Positions 11,187 to 23,901 of a stretch of 64,000 nucleotides of DNA are shown one piece after another. The notes beneath the pieces were generated by a model. It searched no databases and was not told the origin of the DNA. It saw only the letters and a program-made list of their open reading frames with translations. Each line of letters begins with the position of its first letter. The first letter of the stretch is position 1. The translations under genes were made by a program, and so were the position numbers. Source of the DNA: Basidiobolus meristosporus CBS 931.73 (taxonomy: Eukaryota; Fungi; Basidiobolomycota). The stretch is taken from positions 62,001 to 126,000 of the forward strand of contig MCFE01000010.1 in assembly GCA_002104905.1 (NCBI GenBank), written 5' to 3'.

Positions 11187-13043
11187 TCAGTCTTCTTCAA
11201 TGAAGCCACCTGTCCTTTCTTGAGATAGAAATCTACATGATGTCATTGATCGGATATTGTTTGAGTCCACACCACAGAAGGTTGCTGTTAGTCCTGGGCT
11301 CTCTGAGTATATAGTATACCATGCTGAACCATCTGGGTAGTTCACTGCAGTTGCTCTTGCTTTTACTTCCCAAGGTCTTCCAAGAAGTAATTCAAAGTTA
11401 GCCTGTGCACAAATGAATACTGGGATCTCATGGGGTATTCCTTCAATGATGAGAGGGAAGCTGTGAATAATTCCTAAAAGCTTTGATTGCCCTGAGTTGG
11501 CATCCTTCATGCTCCAATTGATATTGGTGTCTATGGGCAATAGGTCTTTGCATGGTAGTTGTTTCCAAGCCTCCAAAGGCATCACACATATCTCAGATCC
11601 ACTGTCTATATGACATAGGATTTCTTGATTATGCACAGTTCCTGTAGTTGTTGCAGTTGCCACTGAGTAGTAGTGTTTCTGGCTTTGATGCAGCTTACTG
11701 ATATCTTGGCTTCCTTGAACTGTCCTGACCTGGTTGCCTTGAGTTGCTTCAATTGGATGCTTTCTTATTCTGATATGCTCATCCAGAGTCTTTCTTACAG
11801 ATGGTGATACACTGAGTAGTTCCCCAACCTTGATTGATATGTTGCTTCCTAGTATATGACTTGTCAGAGCCTCTGGGGTACCATTTTGCTTGACTCTAGG
11901 CTGCATGTGGTAGTTGTTGGCCTTGGCAGACTCTTGTAAAATTAATGGGGGTGATGCTTTCTTCTCAATCACAACTTCTGGCTCACATCTTGGTACTTTT
12001 GTTGCTGGGCCTGGATTAGCCATTTTTTCCGGATGGTGTCTCTTTGAAGCATAAATTGAAGCTATATGATCTTGGGCCTCTCTGGGGTCCTCATAGTCAA
12101 AGTTCAGAACTTCAGCTGGATCAAAGTAGTCAGGATCTTCTTCTTCATGGAGGTGAACCTTTCTTGTTTGAGAGGTGACTTGCTTGTAGTGAACTCTCAT
12201 TCCTCCTTGTCCAAATGCTGTGGATAATTTGTCACCATGCTTACTGACTATGTATCCCTGAGGACTATATAGGACATCACCTGTGGATAGTAATGACTGA
12301 AGCTCTTGGCAATTTCTCTTGGAATGGTTGGCAGAGTCACACCACATGCATGTATATTTGACTTCTTTCTCTACTGGCTTCTGACCATATGCTTTGCTGG
12401 CAAGTAGCAAAGAGAGTTTCTCTAGTTGCTGTGTCAGCTCCTGAATTTGAGTGCTTTGATTGCTGGGATTAAGTATGTCTTGGCTATCTTGGTTTTGTTC
12501 TGGGCTTGAAAGAAGCTTTCTGATTGGTGAGGTTTCTTCAGGGGCAAGTAGAATCTGCTTAGCTAACTGAAATGCAGGCAGTGAACTCATAGCTTTCACA
12601 GTAGGATTGTTTTCAATCCTTCTCACCAGGCCTTCTGGTAGTGCTCTGAGCAGATAGGCAGATAAAGTCAGATCAGTGATAATGCCTTGGGCTTTCAGTG
12701 ACTCCCCAATTTGCTCAAGGCCACTCAAGTATTCTTTCAATGGTAGCTGCTTAAACTTGCTATAAGCAAAGTTCTCCAAGTCTTGAAGTGTGTAGTCAAC
12801 TTGTCTCTCTCCATATTCATCAATCAAGTAGCTCTTCAAGAGGGTCCAATTTGTCAGCAGATCATTTCTTTCATATAATGAGAGCATGATCTCATCAGTG
12901 CTGTAGGGGGGCATCTCTTCAGCCATAATGGCCTCAGGTATTTTGTGGGCTCTGCAGAAAAGCTCCCACCTCTTGATGAAAGCTTTAACTTTAGTTCCAT
13001 CAAAGAAAGGGGTTCCTTGCATTCCTGGTAAAGGTAGATCCAT
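11187..13043 (-). CDS. Gag (CX2CX4HX4C zinc knuckle) plus aspartic protease, 618 aa, element A1
   Basis: Uninterrupted ORF with CMWCDSANHSKRNC, protease CHIDSGSEICVM and LLLGRPW. Stop lies ~65 bp before the PPT, with no RT, RNase H or integrase. Confidence 0.92.
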   Translation of the reverse strand: MDLPLPGMQGTPFFDGTKVKAFIKRWELFCRAHKIPEAIMAEEMPPYSTDEIMLSLYERNDLLTNWTLLKSYLIDEYGERQVDYTLQDLENFAYSKFKQLPLKEYLSGLEQIGESLKAQGIITDLTLSAYLLRALPEGLVRRIENNPTVKAMSSLPAFQLAKQILLAPEETSPIRKLLSSPEQNQDSQDILNPSNQSTQIQELTQQLEKLSLLLASKAYGQKPVEKEVKYTCMWCDSANHSKRNCQELQSLLSTGDVLYSPQGYIVSKHGDKLSTAFGQGGMRVHYKQVTSQTRKVHLHEEEDPDYFDPAEVLNFDYEDPREAQDHIASIYASKRHHPEKMANPGPATKVPRCEPEVVIEKKASPPLILQESAKANNYHMQPRVKQNGTPEALTSHILGSNISIKVGELLSVSPSVRKTLDEHIRIRKHPIEATQGNQVRTVQGSQDISKLHQSQKHYYSVATATTTGTVHNQEILCHIDSGSEICVMPLEAWKQLPCKDLLPIDTNINWSMKDANSGQSKLLGIIHSFPLIIEGIPHEIPVFICAQANFELLLGRPWEVKARATAVNYPDGSAWYTIYSESPGLTATFCGVDSNNIRSMTSCRFLSQERTGGFIEED

Positions 13044-16000
13044 GGTCTTGATAATTTGTTCTTTCTTAAGTCTTCTAGGGGCAGTTCAGTCAAACCCCCC
13101 ACGTTGGGTGCCAAATATGTGGTGGTGTAGAGGTACTCCTGGGAGAAGCTACACAACTCAAGGTGTGTGAGGTGTCTGATGGGTGCAATAACCTCTGTGT
13201 CTAAACTGCTGGTGTCTTTGTCAATATGTCACTATGGTAAAAGCTCCTGCTTCTCTAGCTTCCTAGGTGCTCCAAGTGTCTCCAAAGGCCTCTGTGTGTC
13301 TTGTGCACTACCCTGAAAAGCTCCTTGATGGCAGGTCTGAGATGTACTGTTGAAGGCAGGTGCAGTGATCAACTGCTAATCAATAAGGTAGAAGTATTAC
13401 TGATAGAAGGGATGATTTATTGATGAGGGATTGCTTTCCCTTAAATACTTTTCCTGATTGCCAAGTGATTACTAATGACAAGGTTCTAGAAGATTCTAGG
13501 TATCAGTGGAATTCTTGATGACATCACTATGAGCTAAAAATATGCCAAGAATGTCCTGGAAGGTTCTAAAAGGCACAGCACTCTCAACCAATCAGGAATC
13601 AGTAGTCTGAAACCTGTGCAACATAGAAATACCATATATGGTATTGAAATGGTAGAGATGGTAACACAGACCTAGGTCATGTGTCACGGGTACTGACGCG
13701 GGTACTTGCCTTATACAGATACATCAACTGATCACAAAGCTGAATAACATCTGGGATAACTAATGCTAATAACTAATCAGGGTAAACATCATATGGGGAT
13801 AATACTGATAATATGGGCAAAAGAAGAATGGGATAATACTGATAAGATAAAATATGGATAAGTATATCATAATGACTATATGAATAAACTTGTCTGTGGG
13901 AGGTATGTTTACCCTACCACAGCGCCAATAAGAAGGAAGAAGAAAATGCTTTAATAAGCAATGATAACTAACAAAGGAGGTACCCAAGACCCTACAAAGG
14001 CAACAGTAACCTGTTTTGCATCTACTGCAAAAGGAAAGGACACACATCAGACCAGTGTCTCAAAAAGAGAGATTATCAGCAAAAGAAGCCTGAATATGGA
14101 AATGCTGCAACAACTGAAGATAGACTATTCATATATGCACTAAATATGACCACAAACAAGGATTCTCAGATGTGATATATTGACTATGGAGCTTCCCAAC
14201 ACTTTAAACACCAAAAAGAACTTTTTACCCAATATCAAGAAATCCCAATTAAGAAGGTTTTCATGGGTGACAATAGAACACTTGATGCAGTGGGAGAAGG
14301 AACTATCCAAGTAAACCTAAGAAGCAGTAAAGGAAGCCATACACTGACCTTTAAAGAAGTACTCTTTGTACCAGAAATAGCCAAGAACCTACTGCCTGTA
14401 AGCAAGGCCACAGCAGAAGGACTCAGTTTCAGTTTTGACAATTCTGGATGCAGGATTACTGTTCAAAATGGTGCCAATATTGCTTTGGGCATCAGTGATC
14501 AGAATCTATACAAGTTGCCTTATATTCCAACATATTTAGAAGCCAATATAAGTGACTTTAATGTAGAAACACCAATGCTTTGGCACAGGAGATTTGGGCA
14601 CATCAATATTGATTATGTGTGCAAAATGATTAAAGATCAGCTAATTTCTGGAGTGAAAATTGATTCCCCAGCTAATTTGGAGCACTGTGAAGCCTGCATA
14701 TATGGGAAACAAGCCAGACAACTGTTCAAGAGCTCTGGGCAAATCAGAACTAAGAAAAAATTAGATCTAATTCACTCAGATCTGTGTGGACCTATGCAAA
14801 ACTTATCCTTAGGCAGGATGAAGTATTTAATCACTTTTATTGATGATTATACAAGATACACATGGGTCTACTTCATGGAGAGAAAGGAAGGAGATCTGTC
14901 TAGGTTTGGGGAGCTTAAAGTCATGGTGGAGAGAGAAACTGGTGAAAAAATCAAGAAAATACACTCTGACAATGGTAGAGAATACATCTCAAAACTCTTC
15001 ATCCACTTCAGCAAAACTCATGGGATAAAGCAAGAGACTACTGTACCATACTCCCCACAGCAAAATTGAGTAGCAGAACATGCTAACAGATCAATAATTG
15101 ATATGGCAAGATTTATGATACATGATCAATAATTATCCTATGGTTTTTGGGTGGAATCAGTAGCCACTGCTGTATATCTTAAAAATAGGAGTTGTAACAG
15201 AGTACTTTGTGATTCTACTCCATTTGAAGCATGGTATGGATACAGACCAAGTGCAGAACATCTAAGAATATTTGGGTGTACAGCATATGCCAAAAAACTG
15301 GCCAGAAATCAGTCAAAATTTGAGCCAAAATGTGTAAAATGCATATTTTTAGGCTACTGCAATGAGAGTAAGGCATACAGACTCTACAATACCAAAGCAA
15401 AGAAGCTGATCAAGTGCAGGGATGTGTTGTTTCATCAAAATTCAAAATTTTCACAAAAAATGACATCATATGATGACAAAAATGTGATCTCAAGTCCACC
15501 AATTGTCCAGATTGAATCAGAGCAAACAATGAAGATTTTTTCACTCCAGAGGACTCTACAACCGTGGTTCAGCCAGAATCAGTGCCCAGGAAATCCCAGA
15601 AGTGATCATTCCAGTACCAAATGCCCAGAGACCCAATTGGACAAGAAATAGCCCAAATTATTATATCAATGAGGGTACACACTTAGCCTAGGTCTATTAA
15701 GTCCATGTTGATAAGCCCCAGACTGTAAAAGAGGCCCTAAATAGCCCTCAGACAAAGTTTTGGAGATCTGCAATAACTGAGGAATATCAGGCCCTGATGG
15801 AAAATCAAACTTGGGACTTAGTCAAATAACCAATCAACCAAGAATCAACTGGATGCAGATAGGTCTTCAAGACAAAATACAAGGCTGATGGTACAACTGA
15901 AAGATACAAAGCAAGACTTGTAGCCAAAGGATACTCTCAAACAAAAGGACTTGACTATACTGAGACCTTTGCACTGGTGGCCAAGTTTAATTCCATCCGA

Positions 16001-17268
16001 TTAATATTGGCTATTGCAGCCAAATGTAAGTTTTTTATTTCTCAAATGGGTGTAATAGCTGCATTTTTGAATGGAGAACTTGCTGAGGATGTGTATATGG
16101 ACCAGCTTGATGGGTTTGTGGACCAAGATAACCCCCATTTGGTCTGCAAGCTTAAAAAGTCACGATATGGTCTCAAACAATCACCAAGAGCCTGGAATTG
16201 CAAGATAGATTCTTATTTGGAATCTTTGAGTTTCAAATGGAGTAATGCTAAATATAGTATATACTATAAGTCAGATAGAGCAATCCAGCTCTATTAGCTC
16301 TATATGTGGATGATCTTATTATAGCCACTAATAACCTAGAAACATTGGAAGAGATTAAATCCAGCCTATCTAAGGAGTTTAAGATGTCCAATCTAGGAGA
16401 ACTTAATTCCTACTTAGGGATTAAGTTCTCCATTGACAGAGGTACCCCAACTATCATCCTAAGCCAATCCAAGTATATTCAAGATATACTAAGGAAGTAC
16501 CAAATGGAAGACTGTAAACCAGCTACTACCCCAATAGAAACAAACCTTAACTTGGTCAAAACTCCACCAAATCAAGAGAGCTTGGTGCCATCTGAAAGCC
16601 CTGACTTTCCTCATCAATCTATGGTTGGCAGTCTGATGTACATTATGCTTGGAACACATCCAGATATCTCATATTCAGTGAGAGTTGTCAGCCAACATAA
16701 TCAGAACTATGGATTGGATCATATTGCAGCAGTTAAGCGGATTTTTAGATACCTAAAAGGAACTGCTGATATCTGCTTAAGATACACTTATAAGGATTCA
16801 GAACAGGATCTTGTGGGATACTCTGATGCTGATTGGGGACAAAATTTGGAAGACAGAAGATCCACCACAGGATACACCTTTCTTTACTGTATAGCAGCAA
16901 TTTCATGGAATTCAAGAAAGCAATCAACCATAGCACTCTTCACCACAGATGCAGAGTACATGGCAGCCTGTGAAGCTACAAAAGAAGCAATGTGGTTAAG
17001 AAAGCTTTTTACAAATTTAGGCCTATAACAAAAAACGCCTATCACCTTGTTTCAAGATAATCAAGGATGTATACAATTAGGTAGAAATCCAACTTCTCAT
17101 ACTACAACTAAGCACATAGATATTAGATATCATTTCATACATGAAGCTATAGAGAATAACTTAGTTAGCTTAGTTTACTGTCCTATAGATGAAATGATTG
17201 CAGACATATTTACCAAACCACTAGCTAGAGACAAGCTTGAATATCATAGGTCAAATTAGGACTAGTCA

Positions 17269-17355
17269 ACGTTTTGTCTGTTTAAGTGCCTCCTGACCAC
17301 TTGTAGCTATTATTAGGTTGTCTACATTGAGAACTAAGATGATCACCCTTGCTTT
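17269..17355 (-). other. 87-bp fragment of a different copia RT at a rearrangement junction
   Basis: Reverse strand translates to KARVIILVLNVDNLIIATSGQEALKQTK, a degenerate LxLYVDDLIIA motif not matching D DNA. Confidence 0.6.
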
Positions 17356-17702
17356 TGTTGTAAAATTTGTAATTCTACCTAAATATTCACCTAACTTAGT
17401 CACTTAGATCATTACCCTCAAATCCTAGAGTATACTGACCAAATTCCTTGTCAGGATTTACTTGAATAATTTCGCCAAAATACCAGGTACCCAGAGCATG
17501 AGAATTCTCAAAGTTGTCCAAACAGCCCCAAACTTTGCACACATGTTCTTGGGACCTTCCTTAGCCTATTCTATGTGTTTGTTATGCCAAGATCAGGTAA
17601 AAGTATAAATACTACCTTTACATTCAATAAATCATTAAGTGAAAACCACACAATGTACTTGTCCTCCCAATCACTTCCAATATCTCCAAGACTCTTACAA
17701 CA
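17356..17702 (+). repeat. D-family LTR with non-matching flanks
   Basis: Full TG..CA D LTR. No PPT upstream; flanks GCTTT / GTTTC do not match each other or the D2 left flank GATAT. Confidence 0.85.
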
Positions 17703-17797
17703 GTTTCTGGACTATTCCCAAATTTCTCAGTGCCATTGCATCTATCCTATCAACCACTTCACCTAATTGCCTCATTATTGATTTGGTATGAGCTGAC

Positions 17798-20700
17798 TGT
17801 TGTAAGAGTCTTAGAGATATTAGAAGTGATTTGGAGAACAAGTAGATTATGTGGTTTTCACTTAATGATTTATTGAATGTAAAGGTAGTATTTATACTTT
17901 TACCTGATCTTGGCATAACAAACACATAGAATAGGCTAAGGAAGGTCCCAAGAACATGTGTGCAAAGTTTGGGACTGTTTGGACAACTTTGAGAATTTTC
18001 ATGTTCTGGGTACCTGGAATTTTGGTAGAAATATTCTAAGTAAATCCCAACAAGGAATTTGGTCAGTACACTCTAGGATTTGAGGGTAATGATCTAAGTG
18101 ATTAAGTTAGGTGAATATTTAGGTGGAATTGCAAATTTTTACAACACTCCCACTCAGCTAAATGTTCATACTGACTAGTCCTAATTTTGACCTATGATAT
18201 TTAAACTTGTCTCTGGCTAGTGGTTTGGTAAATATGTCTGCAATCATTTCATCTGTAGGACAGTAAGCTAAGCTAACTAAGTTATTCTCTATAGCTTCAC
18301 GTATGAAATGATTTCTAATATCTATGTGCTTAGTTCTAGCATGAGAAGTGGGATTTCTACCTAATTGTATACATCCTTGATTATCTTGAAACAAGGTAAT
18401 AGGCATTTTGTGATATAGGCCTAAATCTGTAAGAAGCTTTCTTAACCATATTGCTTCTTTTGTAGCTTCACAGGCTGCCATATACTCTGCATCTGTGGTG
18501 GGAAGTGCTATGGTTGATTGCTTTCTTGAATTCCATGAAATTGCTGCTATACAGTAAAGAAAGGTGTATCCTGTGGTGGATCTTCTGTCTTCCAAATTTT
18601 GTCCCCAATCAGTATCAGAGTATCCCACAAGATCCTGTTCTGAATCCTTATAAGTGTATCTTAAGCAGATATCAGCAGTTCCTTTTAGGTATCTAAAAAT
18701 CCACTTAACTGCTGCAATATGATCCAATCCATAGTTCTGATTATGTTGGCTGACAACTCTCACTGAATATGAGATATCTGGACGTGTTCTAAGCATAATG
18801 TACATCAAACTGCTAATCATAGATTGATAAGGAAAGTCAGGGCTTTCAGATGGCACCAAGCTCTCTTGATTTGGTGGAGTTTTGACCAAGTTAAGGTTTG
18901 TTTCTATTGGGGTAGTAGCTAGTTGACAGTGTTCCATTTGGTATTTCCTTAGTATATCTTGAATATACTTGGATTGGCTTAGGGTGATAGTTGGGGTACC
19001 TCTGTCAATGGAGAACTTAATCCCTAAGTAGTAATTAAGTTCTCCTAGATTGGACATCCTGAACTCCTTAGATAGACTGGATTCAGTCTCTTCCAATGTT
19101 TCTGGGTTATTGGCGGCTATAATAGGATCATCCACATATAGAGCTAATAGAAGTGGATTTGCTCTATCTGGCTTATAGTAAATACTATAGTTAGCATTAC
19201 TCCTTTTGAAACTCAAAGATCCAAATAAGAATCTATCTTGCAATTCCAGGCTCTTGGTGATTGTTTGAGACCATATAGTGACTTTTTAAGCTTGCAGACC
19301 AAATGGGGGTTATCTTAGTCAACAAGCCCATCAGGCTGGTCTGTATGCATGTCATCATCAAGTTCTTCATTCAAAAATGCAGTTTTTACATTCATTTGAT
19401 GAATCAAAAGCTTATATTTGGCTGCAATAGCCAAAATTAATCTGTTGGAATTAAACTTGGCTACCAGTGCAAAGGTCTCAGTATAGTCAAGTCCTTTTGT
19501 TTGAGAGTATCCTTTGGCTACAAGTCTTGCTTTGTATCTTTCAATTGTACCATCAGCCTTGTATTTTGTCTTCAAGACCTATCTGCATCCAATTGATTCT
19601 TGGTTGATTGATAATTTGACTAAGTCCCAAGTTTGATTTTCCATCAGGGCCTGATATTCCTCAGTTATTGCAGATCTCCAAAACTTTGTCTGAGGGCTAT
19701 TTAGGGCCTCTTTTACAGTCTGGGGCTTATCAACATGGACTTAATAGGCATAGGCTAAGTTTGTACCCTAATTGATATAGTAATTTGGGCTATTTCTTGC
19801 CCAATTGGGTCTCTGAGCTTTTGGTACTGGAATGATCACTTCTGGGATTTTCCTGGGCACTGATTCTGGCTGAACCACAGTTGTAGAGTCCACTGGAGTG
19901 AAAAAATCTTCATTGTTTGCTCTGATTCAATCCGGACAATTAGTGGACATGAGATCAAATTTTTGTCATCATATGATGTCATTTTTTGTGAAAATTTTGA
20001 ATCTTGATGAAACAACACATCCCTGGACTTGATCAGCTTCTTTGCTTTGGTATTGTAGAGTCTGTATGCCTTACTCTCATTGCAGTAGCCTAAAAATATG
20101 CATTTTACACTTTTTGGCTCAAATTTTGACTGATTTCCGGCCAGTTTTTTGGCATATGCTGTACACCCAAATATTCTTAGATGTTCTGCACTTGGTCTGT
20201 ATCCATACCATGCTTCAAATGGAGTAGAATCACAAAGTACTCTGTTACAACTCCTATTTTTAAGATATACAGCAGTGGCAACTGATTCCACTCAAAAATC
20301 ATAGGATAATTATTGATCATGGATCACAGATCTTGCCATATCAATTATTGATCTGTTAGCATGTTCTGCTACTCAATTTTGCTGTGGGGAGTATGGTACA
20401 GTAGTCTCTTGCTTTATCCCATGAGTTTTGCAGAAGTGGATGAAGAGTTTTCAGATGTATTCTCTACCATTGTCAGAGTGTATTTTCTTGATTTTTTCAC
20501 CAGTTTCTCTCTCCACCATGGCTTTAAGCTCCCTGAACTTAGACAAAGCTTCTTCCTTTCTCTCCATGAAGTAGATTCATGGTTATCTTGTATAATCATC
20601 AATAAAAGTGATTAATTACTTCATCCTTCCTAAGGACACATGTTGCATAGGTCCACACGGAACTGAGTGAATTAGATCTAATTTTTACTTAGTTCTGATT

Positions 20701-22484
20701 AGCCCAGAGCTCTTGAACAGTTGTCTGGCTTGTTTCCCATATATGCAGGCTTCACAGTGCTCCAAATTAGCTAGGTGAATCAATTTTTACTCCAGAAATT
20801 AGCTGATCTTTAATCATTTTGCATGAATAATCAAAATTGATGTGTGCAAATCTCCTGTGCCAAAGCATTGGTGTTTCTACATTAAAGTTACTTATATTGG
20901 CTTCTAAATATGCTGGAATATAAGTCAACTTGTATAGATTCTGATCACTGATGCCCAAAGCAATATTGGCACCATTTTGATCAGTAATCCTGCATCCAGA
21001 ATTGTCAAAACTAAAACTGAGTCCTTCTGCTGTGGCCTTGCTTACAGACAATAGGTTCTTGGCTATTTCTGGTACATAGAGTACTTCTTTAAAGGTCAGT
21101 GTATGGCTTCCTTCACTGCTTCTAAGGTTTACTTGGATAGTTCCTTCTCCCACTGCATCAAGTGTTCTATTGTCACCCATGAAAACCTTCTTAATTGGGA
21201 TTTCTTGATATTGGGTAAAAAGTTCTTTTTGGTGTGTAAAGTGTTGAGAAGCTCCAGAGTCAGTATACCACGTCTGAGAATCCTTGTTTGTGGTCATATT
21301 TAGTGCATATATGAATAGTCTATCTTCAGTTGTTGCAGCATTTCCATATTCTGGCTTCTTTTGCTGATAATCTCTCTTTTTGAGACACCGGTCTGATGTG
21401 TGTCCTTCCCTTTTGCAGTAGATGCAAAGCAGGTTGCTGTTGCCTTTGTAGGGTCTTGGGTACCTCCTTTGTTGGTTATCATTTCTTATTAAAGCATTTT
21501 CTTCTTCCTTCTTATTGGCACTTTGATTTTCTTAATTCTTCATCCAGGAGCCCTCCATATACATAATCTAAGGTCAAATCTTCAGTTCTAGACTCTAGGG
21601 CTGATACAAGGCCCTGCAACTTGTCTGTCAGGCTATTCAGGATGGTAACTATCACATCCTCATCAGTAGTTGGTACACCCACAGATTCCATCTCATCTAC
21701 CAGCAGGGTAATTCTGTTAACTAGATTTTTCATTTCTTCTTGTGGCAGCATCTTTGTAGTAAAGATTTTTTGCCTCAGATACATTTTCTTAGCAGCTGAA
21801 CATGACTGGTAGGTGTCTTCTAATGCCTTCCAGGCATTCTTTGCCTTTTTTGCTCTTGAGCATTGAATTAACAATTTGTCTCTAACATCAAGGCAAATGC
21901 AATTAAAGGCACTTTGTTCTTTCTTCTGGTACTTCAAGGCTTCCTTTCCCACATTTTTAGGAGGGCATTCTTCTCCCATTACAATATCCCAAAGGCCTCT
22001 TTCTTGTGGCAGCATCTTCATCTTCACCTTCCACACTTGGTAGTTAGATCCATCCAACTTTTCAGCAGAGGGAAAAATCCAGTAATAGCAGTTGTAGACA
22101 TTGCAGAGAGTGACAGCTTGGGGCTCATAACCTATTGTAAGAGTCTTGGAGATATTGGAAGTGATTGGGAGGACAAGTAGATTGTGTGGTTTTCACTTAA
22201 TGATTTATTCATTGTAAAAGTAGTATTTATACTTTTACCTGGTCTTGGCATAACAAACACATAAAACTAGATTAAGGAAGATCCTAAGAACATATGTGCA
22301 AAGTTTGGTGCTGTTTTGGACAACTTTGAGAATTCTTGATGCTCTGGGTACCTGGTATTTTGGTGAAATTATTCTAAGTAAATCCTGACAAGGAATTTGG
22401 TCAGTATACTCTAAGATTTGAGGGTAAAGATCCAAGTGACTAAGTTAGGTGAATATTTAGGTAGAATTACAAGTTTTTACAACA
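17798..22484 (-). mobile_element. Ty1/copia element D3, full length (4687 bp), decayed
   Basis: LTRs 17798-18146 and 22133-22484 (visibly diverged from each other); 5-bp TSD CTGAC (17793-17797 / 22485-22489); PBS complement at ~22121-22132; PPT at 18147. Protease WYTDSGASQH; RT/RNase H ORF 18158-19243 with LYVDD. Confidence 0.95.
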
Positions 22485-23901
22485 CTGACAACACACTGCC
22501 AATGCCCTTGGTGGTGATGTACAGATGGCCACTTGCTGGTCTTCAAATAAAGGTACTGCTTTTGCTGCACTCTCATCAGCCTCAGAAATACAGTCAGCTT
22601 GTGGCTCGGCAGAGACTCCCAATTACCTACCTGACTGAGAGCCTGTGGAATCTGCGTTATTTCTTTTGGTGGGCACACTGTCAGCATGGCCTTTTTTGGT
22701 TGTAGCCCTGCTTGTTGCACTGAATATCAAAGCAAGTGTTGTTCAACTGTTCTTCTGCCGGTGTCAGCAGTGGGGTTTTGTGGGGAACCACACAACTTTG
22801 CTCTATTTTTTGGCAGCATATACCAGGAAGTGAGTCAAGCCTAAGGGGAAACAATGTTACTTATACATGTGTATGTGGTGCCTCAACTCCTTTTATAATG
22901 ATTACTATGGTGGGTCATCATTGAATCTTATCTTCATGTAGGTGCAATGTCTCAAATACAAGACTCTCTTAAACTCACCTGCATATTTACAAAACAGGGA
23001 TATAAAAGTGTTACATTGTTGAGTATCTAACTGTTTGCCCCATGGACAAGACTACTTTGATTCAGCTTGATAAGAGAAGAGAAAATAGACCATGTGGCTA
23101 TTGTAACAAGCCTCTCAGCCATGAAGCACTCAGACAGCATAGCAAGTATTACAAGGATCACAGCCAGTGTTTTGCCACACAAGTCATATTTGACCATTTG
23201 TCAGTCACTACTGTACTAACAATATCTTGCTGGCCACTTGATATTTCTATAATGGCATCTGGCAGTACTTATCATCTTGTGCAAACTGAGTCAGGTAAGT
23301 TTGTGATGCTTTTAAGCCCACCAGCCTTCTGAATATGGCATGCAGAGTGATAGCTCTGAAGAAGCAGGCTCAATGATGGACTGCAAGCTTATCTTCCCTA
23401 GCAACTGTATGCTGCATGTGCCCAGCAATATCCCACTATGCAATGAGATAACACCTGTGGAAAAATACCAAGGATTCTTTATGGTATCAAGTGAGCCCAG
23501 TAATCCATCTACAGGTGAATGATGTGATGTTGTGGCTAGAAAAGTAGTGTGTTTCCACATATATCAGTAATGTGGGCTTTGAGAATTAAAAATTGCTCCT
23601 TGCCAAAATCACCCCAGGATGCCACTTACCATGTACATGGTACAAATGGAAAGCCATCATGCAGCTGGCAACATAAGATCCAAAGACCATCCTGATACCA
23701 GCATGTATTTACAGCTTCATAGTGTTCATATATGAAAATGCCACCATTGCACAGCATCCAATTGTCAGGAATCCACCACCAATGAGGCAGATATTGCTTA
23801 CACCCCAGATACATTCTGGTAATAGCCTGTCTAATAAAGCTCATGCAGTCCAACAAATATTAGGAAACTAGTAAGTACCATGCACAGTGTCAATCAAGCG
23901 C

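Larger units (their letters stand above)
10305..13921 (-). mobile_element. LTR retrotransposon A1: non-autonomous Gag-protease-only element, 3617 bp, 804-bp LTRs
   Basis: LTRs 10305-11108 and 13118-13921 look identical by eye. PBS TGGCACCCAACGTGGGG (tRNA-Lys-like) next to the right LTR; PPT GTGGGGGGTGGA at 11109-11120; 4-bp TSD GCGC (10301-10304 / 13922-13925) within D2 gag. Confidence 0.95.
9340..17268 (+). mobile_element. Ty1/copia element D2 (5' LTR 9340-9688, PBS, gag-PR-IN-RT-RNase H), interrupted by A1, own 3' end lost
   Basis: LTR TG..CA followed by the copia-type PBS GGTTATGAGCCC (9689). Gag NYQVWKVKMKMLL; IN WHRRFGHIN and HSDLCGPM; RT YGLKQSPRAWN and YVDD; RNase H HIDIRYHF and IADIFTKPL. 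Stops and frameshifts present. Confidence 0.93.

Noticed and set aside
11187-13043. 618-aa intact ORF as a domesticated host gag gene
   Set aside because: It lies between LTRs with a TSD and occurs in three independent insertions.
17351-17707. Pairing LTR 17356-17702 with 9340-9688 as the two LTRs of D2
   Set aside because: No PPT, 87 bp of foreign sequence in between, and the flanks (GATAT vs GTTTC) do not form a TSD.
17575-17925. Recurring small ORF MFVMPRSGKSINTTFTF.. (also 9561-9761)
   Set aside because: Chance open frame within the D LTR, started from GTG in the ORF track; it recurs only because the LTR does.
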